Source of the DNA: the human T2T-CHM13v2.0 reference genome, Homo sapiens
Assembly: GCF_009914755.1 (NCBI RefSeq)
Contig: NC_060935.1
Direction: 5' to 3' (one strand)
Length of the DNA stretch: 64,000 nucleotides
Shown: piece by piece, positions 47,429 to 64,000 of the stretch
Layout of the letters: each line of letters opens with the position of its first letter
Position numbering within the stretch: the first letter of the stretch is position 1
Translations under genes and position numbers: made by a program
The notes under the pieces: model-generated
What the model was told of the DNA's origin: nothing
The model's input: only the letters and a program-made list of their open reading frames with translations
Databases searched by the model: none

Positions 47429-49499
47429 TATTATTTTCAAAAACATCAATGAACCTGGAAGACATGATATTAAATTAAATAAGCCAAGAAGAGAATGATC
47501 TCACTTATACATGGAATCTTAAAAAACTGAAACTCACAGAAGCAGAGGGTGAATGGTGGTTATCAGGGACTAGCAGGTGAGAAGGATTGAGGAGATGGTC
47601 AAAGGACATAAAACTTCAGTTAGCCAAAAGAAAAAGTTCAAGAGAACTATTGTATGTCATGGGGACTATAGTTAAAAATAATATACTGTATTCTTGAAAA
47701 GCACTAAAAGAGTAGATTTTAAGTGTTCTCAGTATACAAAATCAGTAAGTTAATGTATATGTTATTCAGCTAGATTAGCTATTTCTCAATGTATACATAT
47801 TTCAAAACATTATGTTGTACATGATAAACACACATAAATTTTATTTGTCAATTAAAAATAAAAATCTTTAAACAAAAGAAAAACAAATCTACTGGTTTGT
47901 CAAGTTCTTTGGGGGAAATGGTTATAAATATTTGAAATATAAATAAAGGAGAAAAAACAGAAACACATGGTAGCAAAAGTAAATAAGTTACTGTCAGTTC
48001 TGTGAAGATACATTATCCTCCAGATATTCGTTTTACATAAACAAAAGTGGTAGAGCAACACTGAACACTATTAGGCTTTCCTAGTGCAGCTGCATCAATA
48101 TTTTAATGTTTACTTAGATTGACCATAATAGTTCCTCTTTTTCTAACTTTTTCACATTTATTATCTCTGACCATTTCTAAATACTATGAACAATGACCTA
48201 AAAAAGCATTTTTGCTGAATCAAAAAGTCAGTGTGACTAATTCAAATTATAGAAAGAAAATGGTCATCCATAAAATTAAGAGTTACCTAAGATCATACAT
48301 AGCTAATGAATGGCAAAGATATAAAACCAGGTCTCTTTACCCCATTACTGAGGAAACTATGTCAAAACAGGAAAGAAGCACAACTTTAGTCATGTTTCCC
48401 TGGTCAACAGCGCCACAAGCAAAGTCCCTGTTGCTCCCACCTGTCAAATCAGTCAACACCATTCACATCAACTAAGTAAATTATTGTGCTTTACTTACAG
48501 GGTGTATTACACGAGATGGGCTCTTTCCAATTGCCAAACTATATGCAGACTCATTTGAGCTACTTCATAAAGAAAATTTAGTATAAGAAAATGTGGGGGA
48601 ATATGAAAATATAAGAAAAATCTCCACAATCAGGCTTCACTGACAACTGCAGCACTGGCCAGGATAAAATAAAATTGGTTCCCAATAGGAAGGAATTCTG
48701 GTTGATTATTGTCAAAATTTAGCTTCCCAACTCTGCCCCTATTATGACTGTAGTTTTATTTTACTCTCCACAATAACTACTCTCTTTCTACTACATGATT
48801 TCTACTGTCCTGCAGCTTCTGCTTACTACATTCTCTGATATCTCACATTGAAATTCCCTAAGAAAGATAAGATTGATTTAATTCATCATTTACAGAGCTA
48901 TTGGACAGAGTTCCTGGGCCAGGCCAAGCTATAAGCCACTGGCCTACCTATATATCACTGATGCCAGTTCCTGGTCCAGGTAATTGTGGCAAAGAAGAAT
49001 GGCTTCATAACAAAGCATAACAACTGATACAAGCCCTTGAAGCCGCATTAGTCAGAAATGAGCTATGGTTGTAGCTTCCACTAAGAGCACTGTTTGCCCA
49101 TATACATTTGGATTATAAACCAAAATCCTCATTAGATAAATTCAGACTTAAAAATCTGGCCTACCCTCTCCAGGGTATAGTCTCATACTGTCACCCCTAT
49201 ACACAATACTCCTTTCACAGCAGATCCAAAACAGCAATCTCATCTCACACCAGCCCCCATAATTTCTACTCCTGACCTGGAAAACGTAATAGCATCTCTC
49301 TCATCAAAATCTTTTCTCTAAATTGAAATTTTCCTTTGACCCAGTATTTATCCCATATTTATCCTATAACGAAGTCTGACACAAGAATTATGCTAGACGA
49401 AACTATTCAGATGAAAGATAATTATTTATTATAGAAGAATGATTGTACTAACTGGTACATCCAAACACTTCCTAGTAAAAATACAGGTAAATTTTACTG

Positions 49500-49690
49500 A
49501 TCACCATTTATTAATTATTCACCACGTCAGGCACTGAGCTAAGCACTTGACAGGAAACATCACGCATTAGCAAACTCAGGCCCAGAAAGGTTAAGTTCTT
49601 ATCCAAGATCACATCTAATAAATAGCACAACTGAAATTCAAACTCTATCTCTGTGATGCCAAAGTTCATGTTTTTAACAATTATCCCATA
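49500..49690 (-). mobile_element. MIR
   Basis: 'gtcaggcactgagctaagcactt...aaactcaggcccagaaaggttaag...ccaagatcaca'. Confidence 0.7.
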
Positions 49691-49869
49691 CTGTCAATGA
49701 CTGCAAAGTACAATCATCAACAGGATTTTATAGCATTGACTAATCCTACCTCTTTCCCCACAAAAAAATCTTCCAATGTGCTCTAATGCAATGATTCCCA
49801 AAACACTATGCAGTGAGATATCATACAGTAAGAAAGTTCTATGACCAAATAGGCATAAGAAATGTTACA

Positions 49870-50177
49870 GGCCAGGCTCAGTGGCTCACGCCTGCAATCC
49901 CAACACTTTGAGAGGCCTAAGTGGGAGGACCACTTGAGCTCAGAAGTTCAGGATCACCTATTATCAGTAGAAACCTTGTATCTACTAAAAATTAAAATTA
50001 AAAAAATAGGCATGGTTGTGTGTGCCTCCACTCTCAGCTACTCAGAAGGCTAAGGTGAGAAGATCACCTGAGCCCAGGAAGTAGAGGCTGCAGTGAAATA
50101 CGATAGCATCACTGCACTCCAGCCTGGGTGACAGAGTGAGGCCTTGCCTCAAAAAAAAAAAAAAAAAAAAAAAAAAA
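49870..50177 (+). mobile_element. AluJ
   Basis: TSD aagaaatg(t/c)t. Confidence 0.87.
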
Positions 50178-50201
50178 GAAATGCTGTACTAAAAAGAGCT
50201 T

Positions 50202-50506
<305 letters not shown>

Positions 50507-50558
50507 TCAGAATTTTTAACATGCCAATCCAAACTATGAATCTCTAAGAGGTATAAAT

Positions 50559-50561
50559 ACA

Positions 50562-50602
<41 letters not shown>
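50559..50602. repeat. (CA)n microsatellite
   Basis: ~21 CA units. Confidence 0.95.
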
Positions 50603-50604
<2 letters not shown>

Positions 50605-50901
50605 TTTTTTTTTTTTGAGACAGGATCTCCCTCTGTCACCTGGGCTAGAATGAGTGGTGCGATCAAACCTCATTGCATCCTCAAACTCCTGGGCTTAAGC
50701 AATCCTCATGCCCCAGCCCCCAGAGTAGCTAGGACTATAGGTATGCACTACCACATCTAGCTAATTTTTTATTTTTATTTTTTAAAGGTAGGGTCTCTCT
50801 ATGTTGCCCAGACAGGTCTGAAGCTCCCAGCCTCAAACAAACCTCCCACTGTGGCTTCCCAAAGTGCTGGGATTTACAGGCATAAGCCATTGTGCCCAGC
50901 C
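50603..50901 (-). mobile_element. AluJ
   Basis: Antisense diverged Alu. Confidence 0.88.
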
Positions 50902-51669
50902 AAGAGGTAAATAAGTAAAGATATTAAGCAGAGTTTCTCATAATTATTTAGCTGAAGTTACCACTCTTCACAGGCCATTGCCTGGAACTCATGTTTTGTG
51001 GAATGCACCTTAGAAAATGCTTATCTAGTAAAAAAAAAATTTCACATGACCATCTTTTTCTTTGATAATTTCAACTAAACTAGGACAGTTACTAATCAGT
51101 AAATCTTATGATTACTGCTCATCCATACACCACTTCTAGGTGAAAATGTCATGGCCACGCTGAGGGCCAGTGACCATGTTTTGGATCATGTAACTTTACT
51201 CCCATTCTGAGATAACTGGACAGAATAGGCACCAAAGGAATATAGCCCATTCACTACATAGTCTGCCTCAAAAAGATTAGTTGGGCAAATAAGATATATC
51301 TTTAAAAATGGGAAACAAACAATAAAGCAGAGGGTCCAGAAGAGCCATATAGTGACAATAGGGCAGCAGATGGAAATCACAAAGGAGTAAGAAACTACTA
51401 ATAAGCAAAGGAACAGAGCAAAGGCCAACAGAAAAAATGAGGGGCAGGGAACAGAGAAGGCATAGAGAAAAGTAAGAGATGGACTCTGTTCACATTTGGA
51501 GCTAGTTGTAGCTCCTGGGAACCTAGTCCTTGGACTTCTATGAGATCTTTATTGTACCCTTATAATATTGTACCCCTTTGGATTTAACTAGCTTGAGAAG
51601 TTGTCTTTTCCTTGCAACCAACACTATTTAAATTCACACAAGGAGAGTTTAATTTCCTTGTGTGAAATG

Positions 51670-51910
51670 AAGTAGTACAAGTCAGGTGTTAAGAGCACAG
51701 GTTGTAGAGTTAGAATACTTGTAATTAAGCCCACATCTTTTATTGTTAAGATGCAAAATTTGGGGAAAGTTAACTAAAGCCTCCAATTCCCATGTATAAA
51801 ATGGAAATGAAAGTATCTCCACCTCAGTAAGGCTGCAAGGATTAAATGAGCTGTCTGTAAAGTGCTCTGTACATAGAAAGCACTGAATAAATGTTAGCTA
51901 TTATTACTAC
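51670..51910 (+). mobile_element. MIR
   Basis: 'gttaagagcacagg...tgtataaaatgg...ggattaaatgag...aataaatgttagctattatt'. Confidence 0.8.
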
Positions 51911-52730
51911 TAATTTGCATGCATTTCTTTTCTCTCACTCAACAGGAAAACCTTGTCCTTAGAACCTAACTAAGAAAAAAGAAAAATCCTATTTCTAGAT
52001 GTAAACATCTGATAAATATTGCTTTTCAAAAAATGTATTAGTACACTGTAGCCACAAGGCCTTAGCCACAGGGAATCCCTCACCCTTTGTACTTTTTATA
52101 GAACTAATAATATTAAATACTCTGAAAATATGTTTGATCTTAACAAAATAATTCTTCCAAAACAGGATAAAAATGTTACATCAACACCAGATATACCTTA
52201 TCTAAAGCATCAACATTTTTAGAGATTCCGAAACATAACATATTTTAAAGGGCAACAAAATAAGCCTACTTTATAAAATAAAAAATAATTTTTTATTTTG
52301 AGATTATTATATTTGGAATAAACATGCAGACCTACTATAATAACAAAAAATTTAAAAGAAAAAATAGTAGCTTCTCTTGAGGACTTTTAATAACACACAA
52401 TTTCAAATCCAAAAACAAGTGATCTCACTACCATTTATTAGCTGATTTTAACCCAACTAATGCCTGAATCATATTAATTTCACTCCATATATTCGAATAG
52501 TTATTTGCTTACTAGGAACAATTTATACTTAAGAAATTTATCTACATCATTCTCTGATTTGGATAGTTTGGGTTCTCCTGCCTGACAGCAAAATAGTTAT
52601 TCAGATCAGCTTTAGAAATAATATAAAAAATTTTAAAAGGCCACAATAGTTTTTAATTTGCCCCCAACCCATAATGTGTTAATAAAATTAGAAGTCTGCA
52701 TTATTTGTATTTCAATAAGACTATTACTCA

Positions 52731-53380
<650 letters not shown>

Positions 53381-53459
53381 AGAAAGAAGGGGAGGGAGGG
53401 AGGGAGAGAGGGAGAAAAGAAAAAAAAATAGCCAATATTTAAGCACCACTACGTAAGTA

Positions 53460-54870
<1,411 letters not shown>

Positions 54871-57051
54871 AAAAAAGCCTCATCCAATCCTTCAAAGTGC
54901 AACTCAAAATAAACTACTTCCATGAGCCCTTTCCTGTCACCCTCAGCCTTCTGAACCTAGTCTTACTGTCTAGAGCACTCACCTGGCAATATGATAATTA
55001 TCTTTCCACAGACATCTCATCCTTATAAAATAGACTATAAGCCTCTTAGGGGCTGCTCTCTGATGCGAGGGTAGAAAAGAGTTTAGTGATCTGTTTATTA
55101 TGCTTTCTATGTATGTATAAATTATTTTATTTTATAAACCGTAACTTCCAAAAGACAACTGTCAGTCAACTAAAATGTAAATACATAGATGTATATGCAT
55201 ACACTACACACACACATTGAAAGCTAAAAACTTTTAACCAAGTATCCTTGATTTTTTTGAGTCCTTGATTAATGAAATATCCTATACCTGCTGAATTCAA
55301 CTTAATAGTTCATCTATGCAAAAATAATTGGTTGATGCTTTCTCTAAATGTTCTGCAAAGAGCTATGACACCAGAGGTCTCAGATTCTTTACCTGAGGAT
55401 AAAAGGATCCTCAGGGAGTCTATAATTTTACTACCATATAAGACGAAAAAAAAACTTGCATTAACAAGTAATGACATTCTTTAAAATTAATAAATATTTT
55501 ATCAGTGTTCAATACAACATTTAATCCTAAAGAAATTGTACTACTTCCCTGTTTTAAAAAATTATATACAATATACATTTAGAATCTTAAAATCTCCTCC
55601 TTATAGATACCTTCTTTCTATACCTATTGAAGGCCAATTGATAAATCATTCAAGAATCTTCTGTTATCCTTTTAAATAAAAAAAATCAGCACAATAAATC
55701 AACATTTCAGACAAAAGAAAATAAGCACATTATTCATATTTTATATGGTTTTAATAATAATTACACATTTTTATCCCCCAAAGAAAAATTATGAAGCTGG
55801 AAGTATCAGATATAGTAAAAATTCAAGTTTTTTTTTAATTTGTGTGAATTATAATGACATAATGCTGGAAGAAACCACACTTTACTTTCTGTTTAGAGGG
55901 GTTGCCCTGACTTCCATGTATGAATGATCAAGAGAATGAATTACAGTCTTCTTAAAACCTTAATGATAACTATGGTTAATTCAAGCTACAATAGGTTAAT
56001 TACTAGTATCAAGAGACATGCAGTAACTTCTACTAGAATAAACTCTGACCTTTAAATAAGTCAGAGACTCTTACTACTAATAAGTACCTAATTAAACATT
56101 AGGTTCCTTATTTATAAAGTGAAGGGTTTGTATAAAATCTCTGCTGTACTTAAGAATAGAAGCCTTTGGCTACATTAGAGAATACTCAACTCCATTCACC
56201 CGGAAAAATGACATAGAAGAATATACCATATCAAATGAAAACTTTATCCTGGCTGAAATTAAACTCTCTGGAATATATTAAACACATTTGAACATCCTTA
56301 CGGAAAAGGTGAGGAAACACTTGAACAGTCCAAATTATCCACTTAAAAACGAAAAAACAACAATATCCAAAAATCCCATCATTCAAGCATTATCTGAGGA
56401 AAATTATCCAAACAGGTCTTAACAATAACCTGATAACTACAAAAATATTCATGATTTATAAAGTTAATATTAAAAAATAAGAACTACAAGATAATCCAAG
56501 GTGCTTATGTGAATGTGCTTCTGCCTTAGGTAAAGCTTACTAAGGAATATTTGTCAACAGCAGGCAGCTTGGAGATCTTCAAGCTTTACATCATCAAATT
56601 CCAAGATGGTTTTACTGCCAAACTGCCCTCTTTATAGCTCTTGAGTATTCCTTATAATGGGGAAGGAATGCTCAGCAACCATAATCTTCCTCCCACTCCT
56701 ATCAGTAACTGGTACAGTGATACTTGGTCACCTTCTTCTCTAATCCAAATACTCACAATACTTCAGGGAAATAAAGCTCAGCTTCTCATTAGAAAAAATG
56801 TTGAGAATAACTGACAGAGTTATAATAAAGATCTCACCTATGTATACTAAAAATTCTTTTAGGGAAGATTATATAGGGAGATGCATGCTTGAAAAGAAAA
56901 TGGGAGCAGAAGGATAGCATCTAGGCTGCCATCCCATCTTAGTATAATTGCTCATTCAATATTAATTCAATATGTATTTACCAAGGGTCTTCCATGTGCC
57001 AGGTATTTTGCCAGGTACTACAAAAAAAATGAGCAGAAAACAGTTCCTACT

Positions 57052-57942
57052 TTATTTATTTTTTTATTTTTGTTAATTTTTAAAATTTTTATTATACTTT
57101 AAGTTCTGAGGTACATGTGCAGAACGTGCAGTTTTGTTACATAGTTATATACATGCTACGATGGTTTGCTGCACCTATCAACTCGTCACCTACATTAGGT
57201 ATTTCTCCTAATACTATCCCTCCCCTAGCCCCCCACCCCCCGACAGGCCCTGGTGTGTGATGCTCCCCTCCCTATGTCCATGTGTTCTCATTGTTCAACT
57301 TCCACTTATGAGTGAGAACATGTGGTGTTTGGTTTTCTGTTCTTAGGATAGTTTGCTGAGAATGGTTTCCAGCTTCATCCATGTCCCTGCAAAGGACATG
57401 AACCCAACCTTTTTTAAGGCTGCATAGTATTCCATGGTGTCTATGTGCCACATTTTCTTTATCCAGTCTATTATTGATGGACATCTGGGTGGGTTCCAAT
57501 TCTTTGCTATTGTGAGTAGTGTCGCAGTAAACATACGTGTGCATGTGTCTTTACAGCAGAATGATTTATAATCCTTTGGGTACATACTCAGTAACAGGAT
57601 TGCTAGGTCAAATGGTATTTCTAGTTCTAGATCCTTGAGGAATTGCCACTCTGTCTTCCACAATGGTTGAACTAATTCACCCTCCCACCAACAATGTAAA
57701 AGCATTCCTATTTCTCCGCATCCTCTCCAGCATTCTGTTGTTTCTTGACTTTTTAATGACTGCCATTCTAACTGGTGTGAGATGGTTATTTCACTGTGGT
57801 TTTGATTTGCATTTCTCTAATGACCAGTGATGATGAGCATTTTTTTCATATGCATGTTGGCTGCATAAATGTCTTCTTTTGAGAAGTGTCTGTTCATATC
57901 CTTTGCCCACTTTTTGATGGGGTTGTTTTTTTCTTGTAAATT
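57052..57942 (-). mobile_element. 5'-truncated L1PA (L1PA6/7-like) 3' end
   Basis: L1 3'UTR and ORF2 C-terminus (MLLHCWWEGELVQPLWKT...); degenerate TSD aacagtt(c/t)cta. Confidence 0.9.
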
Positions 57943-58187
57943 TAACAGTTTCTATCTTTAAAAGCTCACAGTCAAGTGCAGAAATCGGGGGGGGGAGAGG
58001 TGGGGGGGTATCAACACAGGGTATCTTTTTAAAATATGTCAATGAATATACAAACATACAGTCAATATAAAAAATCTAGAGAACTCAATGAAAACCACAT
58101 GCAGCTTAAATTCTGTGAAACACGCCTAAATATTATGGACTTATGTGAAGAACATATATGCACCTATGTAAATAATAATAGCTGCCT

Positions 58188-58760
<573 letters not shown>

Positions 58761-59297
58761 CTACCTCATACAGACCCTCACTGCAGAATTACAGAGGAGA
58801 GGACACTATTTGTGCAATTAAAGACCTCTCGGCCAAGGACAGAGCACTGAGACTGTAAAGGACTAGGAGACACTGATCACTATGGGGAGGGGATATCCCT
58901 GCATGCAGGACAACAGGACCCAGGCTAGATACGGGTAAATGCAGATTTCCTCTGCTACTGACACTGTTTAGATACCGTGAGACATTCTGAGTATGAAGTT
59001 GAAGCTAGTAGCAAACTACTCAAAGATTAAATACAAAGTGACATAAACATTCCTTTTAAAAAAAAATTACTCTGGTGGCAATATGGAACTAGCTAGAGAA
59101 GAATTTAACTGAAAGCAAGGAAATAAAGAGATGTCTACACTTGATTAGTTATTTCCTAACAGCTATGATGATGATGACAGTGATGATGATGGTGATAACA
59201 GAAGCTCCAATTTTAACATGAGGGATATGGACCACATTTCCCAGGATAAGTTTTGGCCAAAGGAAACGTAGTTGATTTTGGCCTTTAAACGGAAGAG

Positions 59298-59626
<329 letters not shown>

Positions 59627-59667
59627 AAAGGGAAGGGGGCTATCTCTTCTTCCCTACTTCCTCCATC

Positions 59668-60222
59668 CTCCTACTTGGAATATAGATGGGATGGAGCTGA
59701 GATGCTAAGTACAAAGCTAGAAGCAGCCTGGTCCAGATGGCTATACAAACCCGAAACTGTCTACACCCAGACTTTAACTTTTAAAGAAATAAGTTTCTAT
59801 ATTGTTTGAGACACTTAAGTCCCTATTACTGGAAGCCAAACCTCTATCCTAACAGAGTGCACTTTATAGTAATCCGAGTAAGAACTGATAAGGGCCTAAA
59901 CTATGGCAGTGACTGTGAAAACAGAGGAAAAAAAAGATGTGAGAAAATTTTGAGGGAAAAAAAAACAACACTTTGAAGTGAAGGTGAGAGAGAAAGGAGT
60001 GTGGCAAGTTTCTGACTTGAGCGAATGGCCAAGGGGAAGAGGTTTGAATGAGCCAGATATGCTTGAACATGCTGCATTTTCTTTTCTTTCTTTTTTTTTG
60101 AGACAGGGTCTTACTCCTACTTGGAATATAGATGGGATGGAGCTGAGTGGCTAAGTACAAAGCTAGAAGCAGCCTGGTCCAGATGGCTATACAAACCCGA
60201 AACTGTCTACACCCAGACTTTA
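59668..60222 (+). repeat. 109-bp direct duplication (59668-59776 and 60114-60222)
   Basis: The copies differ at only 2 adjacent bases (gagATgct vs gagTGgct). Confidence 0.95.
60078..60116 (-). mobile_element. Alu 3' stub (tail plus ~17 bp)
   Basis: tttttttttgagacagggtcttactc followed by an abrupt switch to non-Alu sequence. Confidence 0.75.
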
Positions 60223-62034
60223 TTCTTCTACAACCAAATTCCTCAAACACACAATCTGAACAGTAGCAGTGAAAGGGAGTTTAAGGTGGGGGTGAGGGAG
60301 AAGGGAGTAATATGGTTTTTTAGTAATATAGTAATTTACATTTTCAAAAATCTTCAGTGTTTCACTATCTTAAATGAATATTTATTCTGTTGTTCCTCTC
60401 ATTTCTTTCCTCCTGTTAAAAAAATGACTTTTATTAACTCCAATCTCATGTGGATTTGGGTTTACTCACGCTAAGATTTGGTAAAACATCTGTCTCCAAA
60501 GAAAAACAAGTAACATTCTTTTCAAATTCCCTAGAAGACCGCGTAGGACAAGTATATGAAGCATTTATAAAATTCACTCCAGTCCCAACTGCTACTTTCC
60601 ACTGTGAATTAATTTTCATACTATTATTGTCCAAGTTTGTTCTGACACTTGATTTCTCTCTGTAAATGTTACTAGAATTAACTTAAGCTAGGAAAAACAA
60701 AGGACATAGTTTTACCTACAAGCAGATGTCATTAACTATACAGATTTTTTTTTCCACTTAAAAACTTGCCACAAAACCACTTATTTTCTTTAAACAAGAA
60801 TCTTCCATTTTAAGTTCTTAAACCTATATTTTAAATTACTATAAGGACAGAATGTTTGCTTGAAGAAAAAAAATAGAGAGATGTCAAGTTCCCAAACAAT
60901 TTGTTTTCTTCAAATCATGGTATTAGTGAACCTTGTAAATTATTAATACAGTACACAAAAAGCTACAATGGATCAACGAAAAAGATGACATTTATAGAAT
61001 GGTGTCATCAGTGGAAAATAGCCCTTTCCAGAAACAACACAAATTCTTTCTCCTAACTCAGTCTGTTAGGAAAATCACCAAAAGCCCTTCAACTGTCTAC
61101 TCAATAAACAATCAGTAAATAATTGTTTACTTCCCAGTGTGTAAAGCATTCTGCTAAAAAAGTAGTAGTCTCTCTGTTGAAAGGACATTTTTTCCAGTTT
61201 CAAAAGTTTCTCTACGGATAGCATACTGTGATATATTTGGGCCATGCTCTCAAGGAACTCTTTTTCAGTCTAAAAAAATTAGACAAATGTAAACGGAAAG
61301 ACCTTGAAATTTTCAGAACTCCAATTCCTTGTTTCAAACATTTCTAGGACACAGTAAAGACCAAAGACAAGCAGCAAAATGTTTCAGAGATGTAATCTGA
61401 AGGTCTGATCTCTCTGAACCAGCCCCTTAGCATCTTCGTCTTCATGAAGCTATGCAGTTTCCTCTGTTGTTTCTTAAGCAATACCTCATTAAGTGATTTT
61501 TTTTTCCTAATTAAAATCTCCCTGAAGGAAGTAGGTATACTCCCATACTACTACTGAGAGTATAAACTGACACATCTTTCTGCAAGGCATTTTAGCAATA
61601 TACCTCAAAACTATTCAAAATGTTCTTTTGGCTTTCAGAAACAGCTGGAACCAGAAGTTTAGATAATGTTTCCAGAGCTATGTCTGTCTTTTCATTTTTT
61701 GACTATCCTTGCCTCAGCTTGTGTTCAATACTCAGAGACTCTCTAAACACAGTAAGGAAAACACACACTGGCAGCCTCAACTTAATCACAGTATCTTACC
61801 TTAGTCATCCTAGTGGGAAAAGATAGGCGTGCCAGTTTGTTCCAAAAGAAAACACCCAAGCTCTAACCGGTCCAGCTTAAAGTAGAGGGTAGGGTAACTA
61901 GGACTGAAACTTTCCCTGGAACCGTAGAGAAAAGAAGGCATGGTTCCCAAAGGAAGGGATGCCAGGAAGAAAATTCACATATGTCCATATAAACATACAT
62001 ATCCTTGACCCGGCAGTTCCATTTCTATGATGAA

Positions 62035-62465
62035 AATGTGGCACTATTATTGTGTACCAGACACTGTTTTACTTTACATGAAATAACTCATTTAATCTTC
62101 ACAACATCTCTATGAGGTAGATACTACTATTTACTATTATCCAATTTTATGAATGCAGAAACTGAGACAGAAAAATTAAGTAACTTGTCTAAAGCCAGAA
62201 CTACTAGGAGGCAAAACCAAGAATCAAGCTCAGACTATGTGGCTCCATCCCACACTTTATCTATTTTTGTAGAAATGGGGTCCCACTCTGTCACCTAGGC
62301 TAGAGTACAGTAGTGCAATCATAGCTCACTGGAACCTCAAATTCCTGGTTTGAAATGATCCTCCCACCTCAGCCTCCCAACTTGCTGGGATTACAGGAGT
62401 GAGCCACCACATCTAGCTCATCCCACACTTCTAACTTTTCTACTACTAAAATTTACTGCCTCTCT
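62035..62465 (-). mobile_element. MIR interrupted by a FRAM-like Alu monomer (62258-62418, TSD catcccacactt)
   Basis: 'taactcatttaatcttcacaac...gaaactgagacagaaaaattaagtaacttgtc'. Confidence 0.8.
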
Positions 62466-62668
62466 ATTTGATCCTGAGAAATTAAAAATCAATGCAAAAA
62501 TCTGGCTAGAACAATTCATCACAGCACTATTTATAACAGCAAAAATTTGGAAATAACAAAATTATCTAACCATGAGATTAACTGATAAATTTATTTACTT
62601 TAAATTATATATTAAAATGATAAAAACATTTTGTAGTTAATAAAAATTGATGTTATGTTTTATATATA

Positions 62669-63099
62669 CAAAGTTGTCCCTGGAATAACTCAAGGGTTAG
62701 ATGCACCAACCCCTGTGCAGTCAAAAATCTACATATAACTTATGACTCCCCAAAAAACTTTACTACTAATAGCCTACTCTTGACCAGAAGCCTTACAGAT
62801 AACATAAATGGTAGATTAATACATATTGTTAATGTTTATATGTATTATATAATGTATTCTACAATAAAGCAGACTAGAGAAAAGAAAATGTTATTAATAA
62901 AATCATAAGAAAACACAGTTACTATTAAGTGGAAGCAGATCATCACAAAGGTCTTCATCCTTATTGTCCTCATGTTGAGTAGGCTGAGGAGGAGGAAGAG
63001 GAAGGGTTATTCTTGCTGTCTCAAGGGTAGCAGAGGCAGAAAAAAATGTGTATAAGTGGACCAACGCAGTTCAAATCCATGTTGTTGAAGAGTCAACTG
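62669..63099. mobile_element. Tigger2a (MER28)
   Basis: ~430 bp; TIR ...gttgttgaagagtcaactg-TA; 'tgaccagaagccttac'. Confidence 0.85.
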
Positions 63100-63145
63100 T
63101 ATATAGAACATGGAAAGCTTCCAATAACATGCAGATAAGTTTTAA

Positions 63146-63522
<377 letters not shown>

Positions 63523-64000
63523 TTAATTATACATATATACGTATATGGATGCACACAAAAATCTCTGGAAATACATATGTTAAAATGTCAGCAGTATGCC
63601 ACTTCTTACCCACTGGAGTGGTTATGATCAAAAAGACAGAATAACAAGGGAGTAGCAATTGCAAAACCAAGGACAGCAATCTTGATTCTTTTTTTTTTTT
63701 TTTTTGAAGTTAAGAATTCTTTTAGGTTGTAATATTTTCATGTTAGTTTTTAATCATTTACAATGTTCTGTGGGTCACATTTTAAACATTTTTAAATATA
63801 TGAAATTCTGTATTTCTTTAAGTACAGCCACAACTACAAAGCAGAGAAACGTAAGAATACAAAAATCAAATCTGCTTCATTTATATACACGATGGGGCAG
63901 CCTAATGCACATCATAACATTAACTTTTCCAAAGAAGTTTGCTAAGAATCTGCTCCCATAATTAGTGTTAAAAATAAAGCAATCTTCCCATTTAGAAAAA

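Noticed and set aside
51130-51620. Possible old LTR (and similar candidates at ~48500-49100 and ~61620-61990)
   Set aside because: LTR-like composition, but too diverged for me to assign a family or boundaries.
57986-58008. G-rich tract as a G-quadruplex element
   Set aside because: It is two homopolymer G runs in decayed repeat context with no supporting regulatory features.

Overview
Primate (human-like) non-coding genomic DNA, probably intronic. Most of it is recognisable transposable-element sequence. I found no host protein-coding exon I can support, and the ORF track is almost entirely Alu, L1 and LTR read-through. Main contents: about 37 Alu/FAM/FRAM elements (27 on +, 10 on -); a full-length L1PA4-like LINE-1 on the - strand (18721-24852, 16-bp TSD, disrupted ORF1/ORF2, open ORF0); a complete THE1 MaLR provirus (10151-12797, -); a degraded ERVL gag-pro-pol remnant (about 3000-6480, -); a MER57-type ERV1 internal region plus LTR (40343-45543); nested old L1M fragments; and DNA transposon fossils (MER20, MER85, Tigger2 derivatives). 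The most notable structures are (i) a perfect 10 x 28-bp tandem array of hairpin units inside the ERV1 (42088-42376), (ii) a 40-nt tailless 5S rRNA retrocopy with a 14-bp TSD inside THE1, (iii) a 109-bp local templated duplication that replaces the body of an Alu, (iv) a fold-back hairpin and a complex inversion within an old L1MA, and (v) an unidentified 1.5-kb insert that splits an old L1 ORF2. Repeat family names come from recalled consensus sequences, not a database search. Subfamily calls and the boundaries of old elements are approximate.
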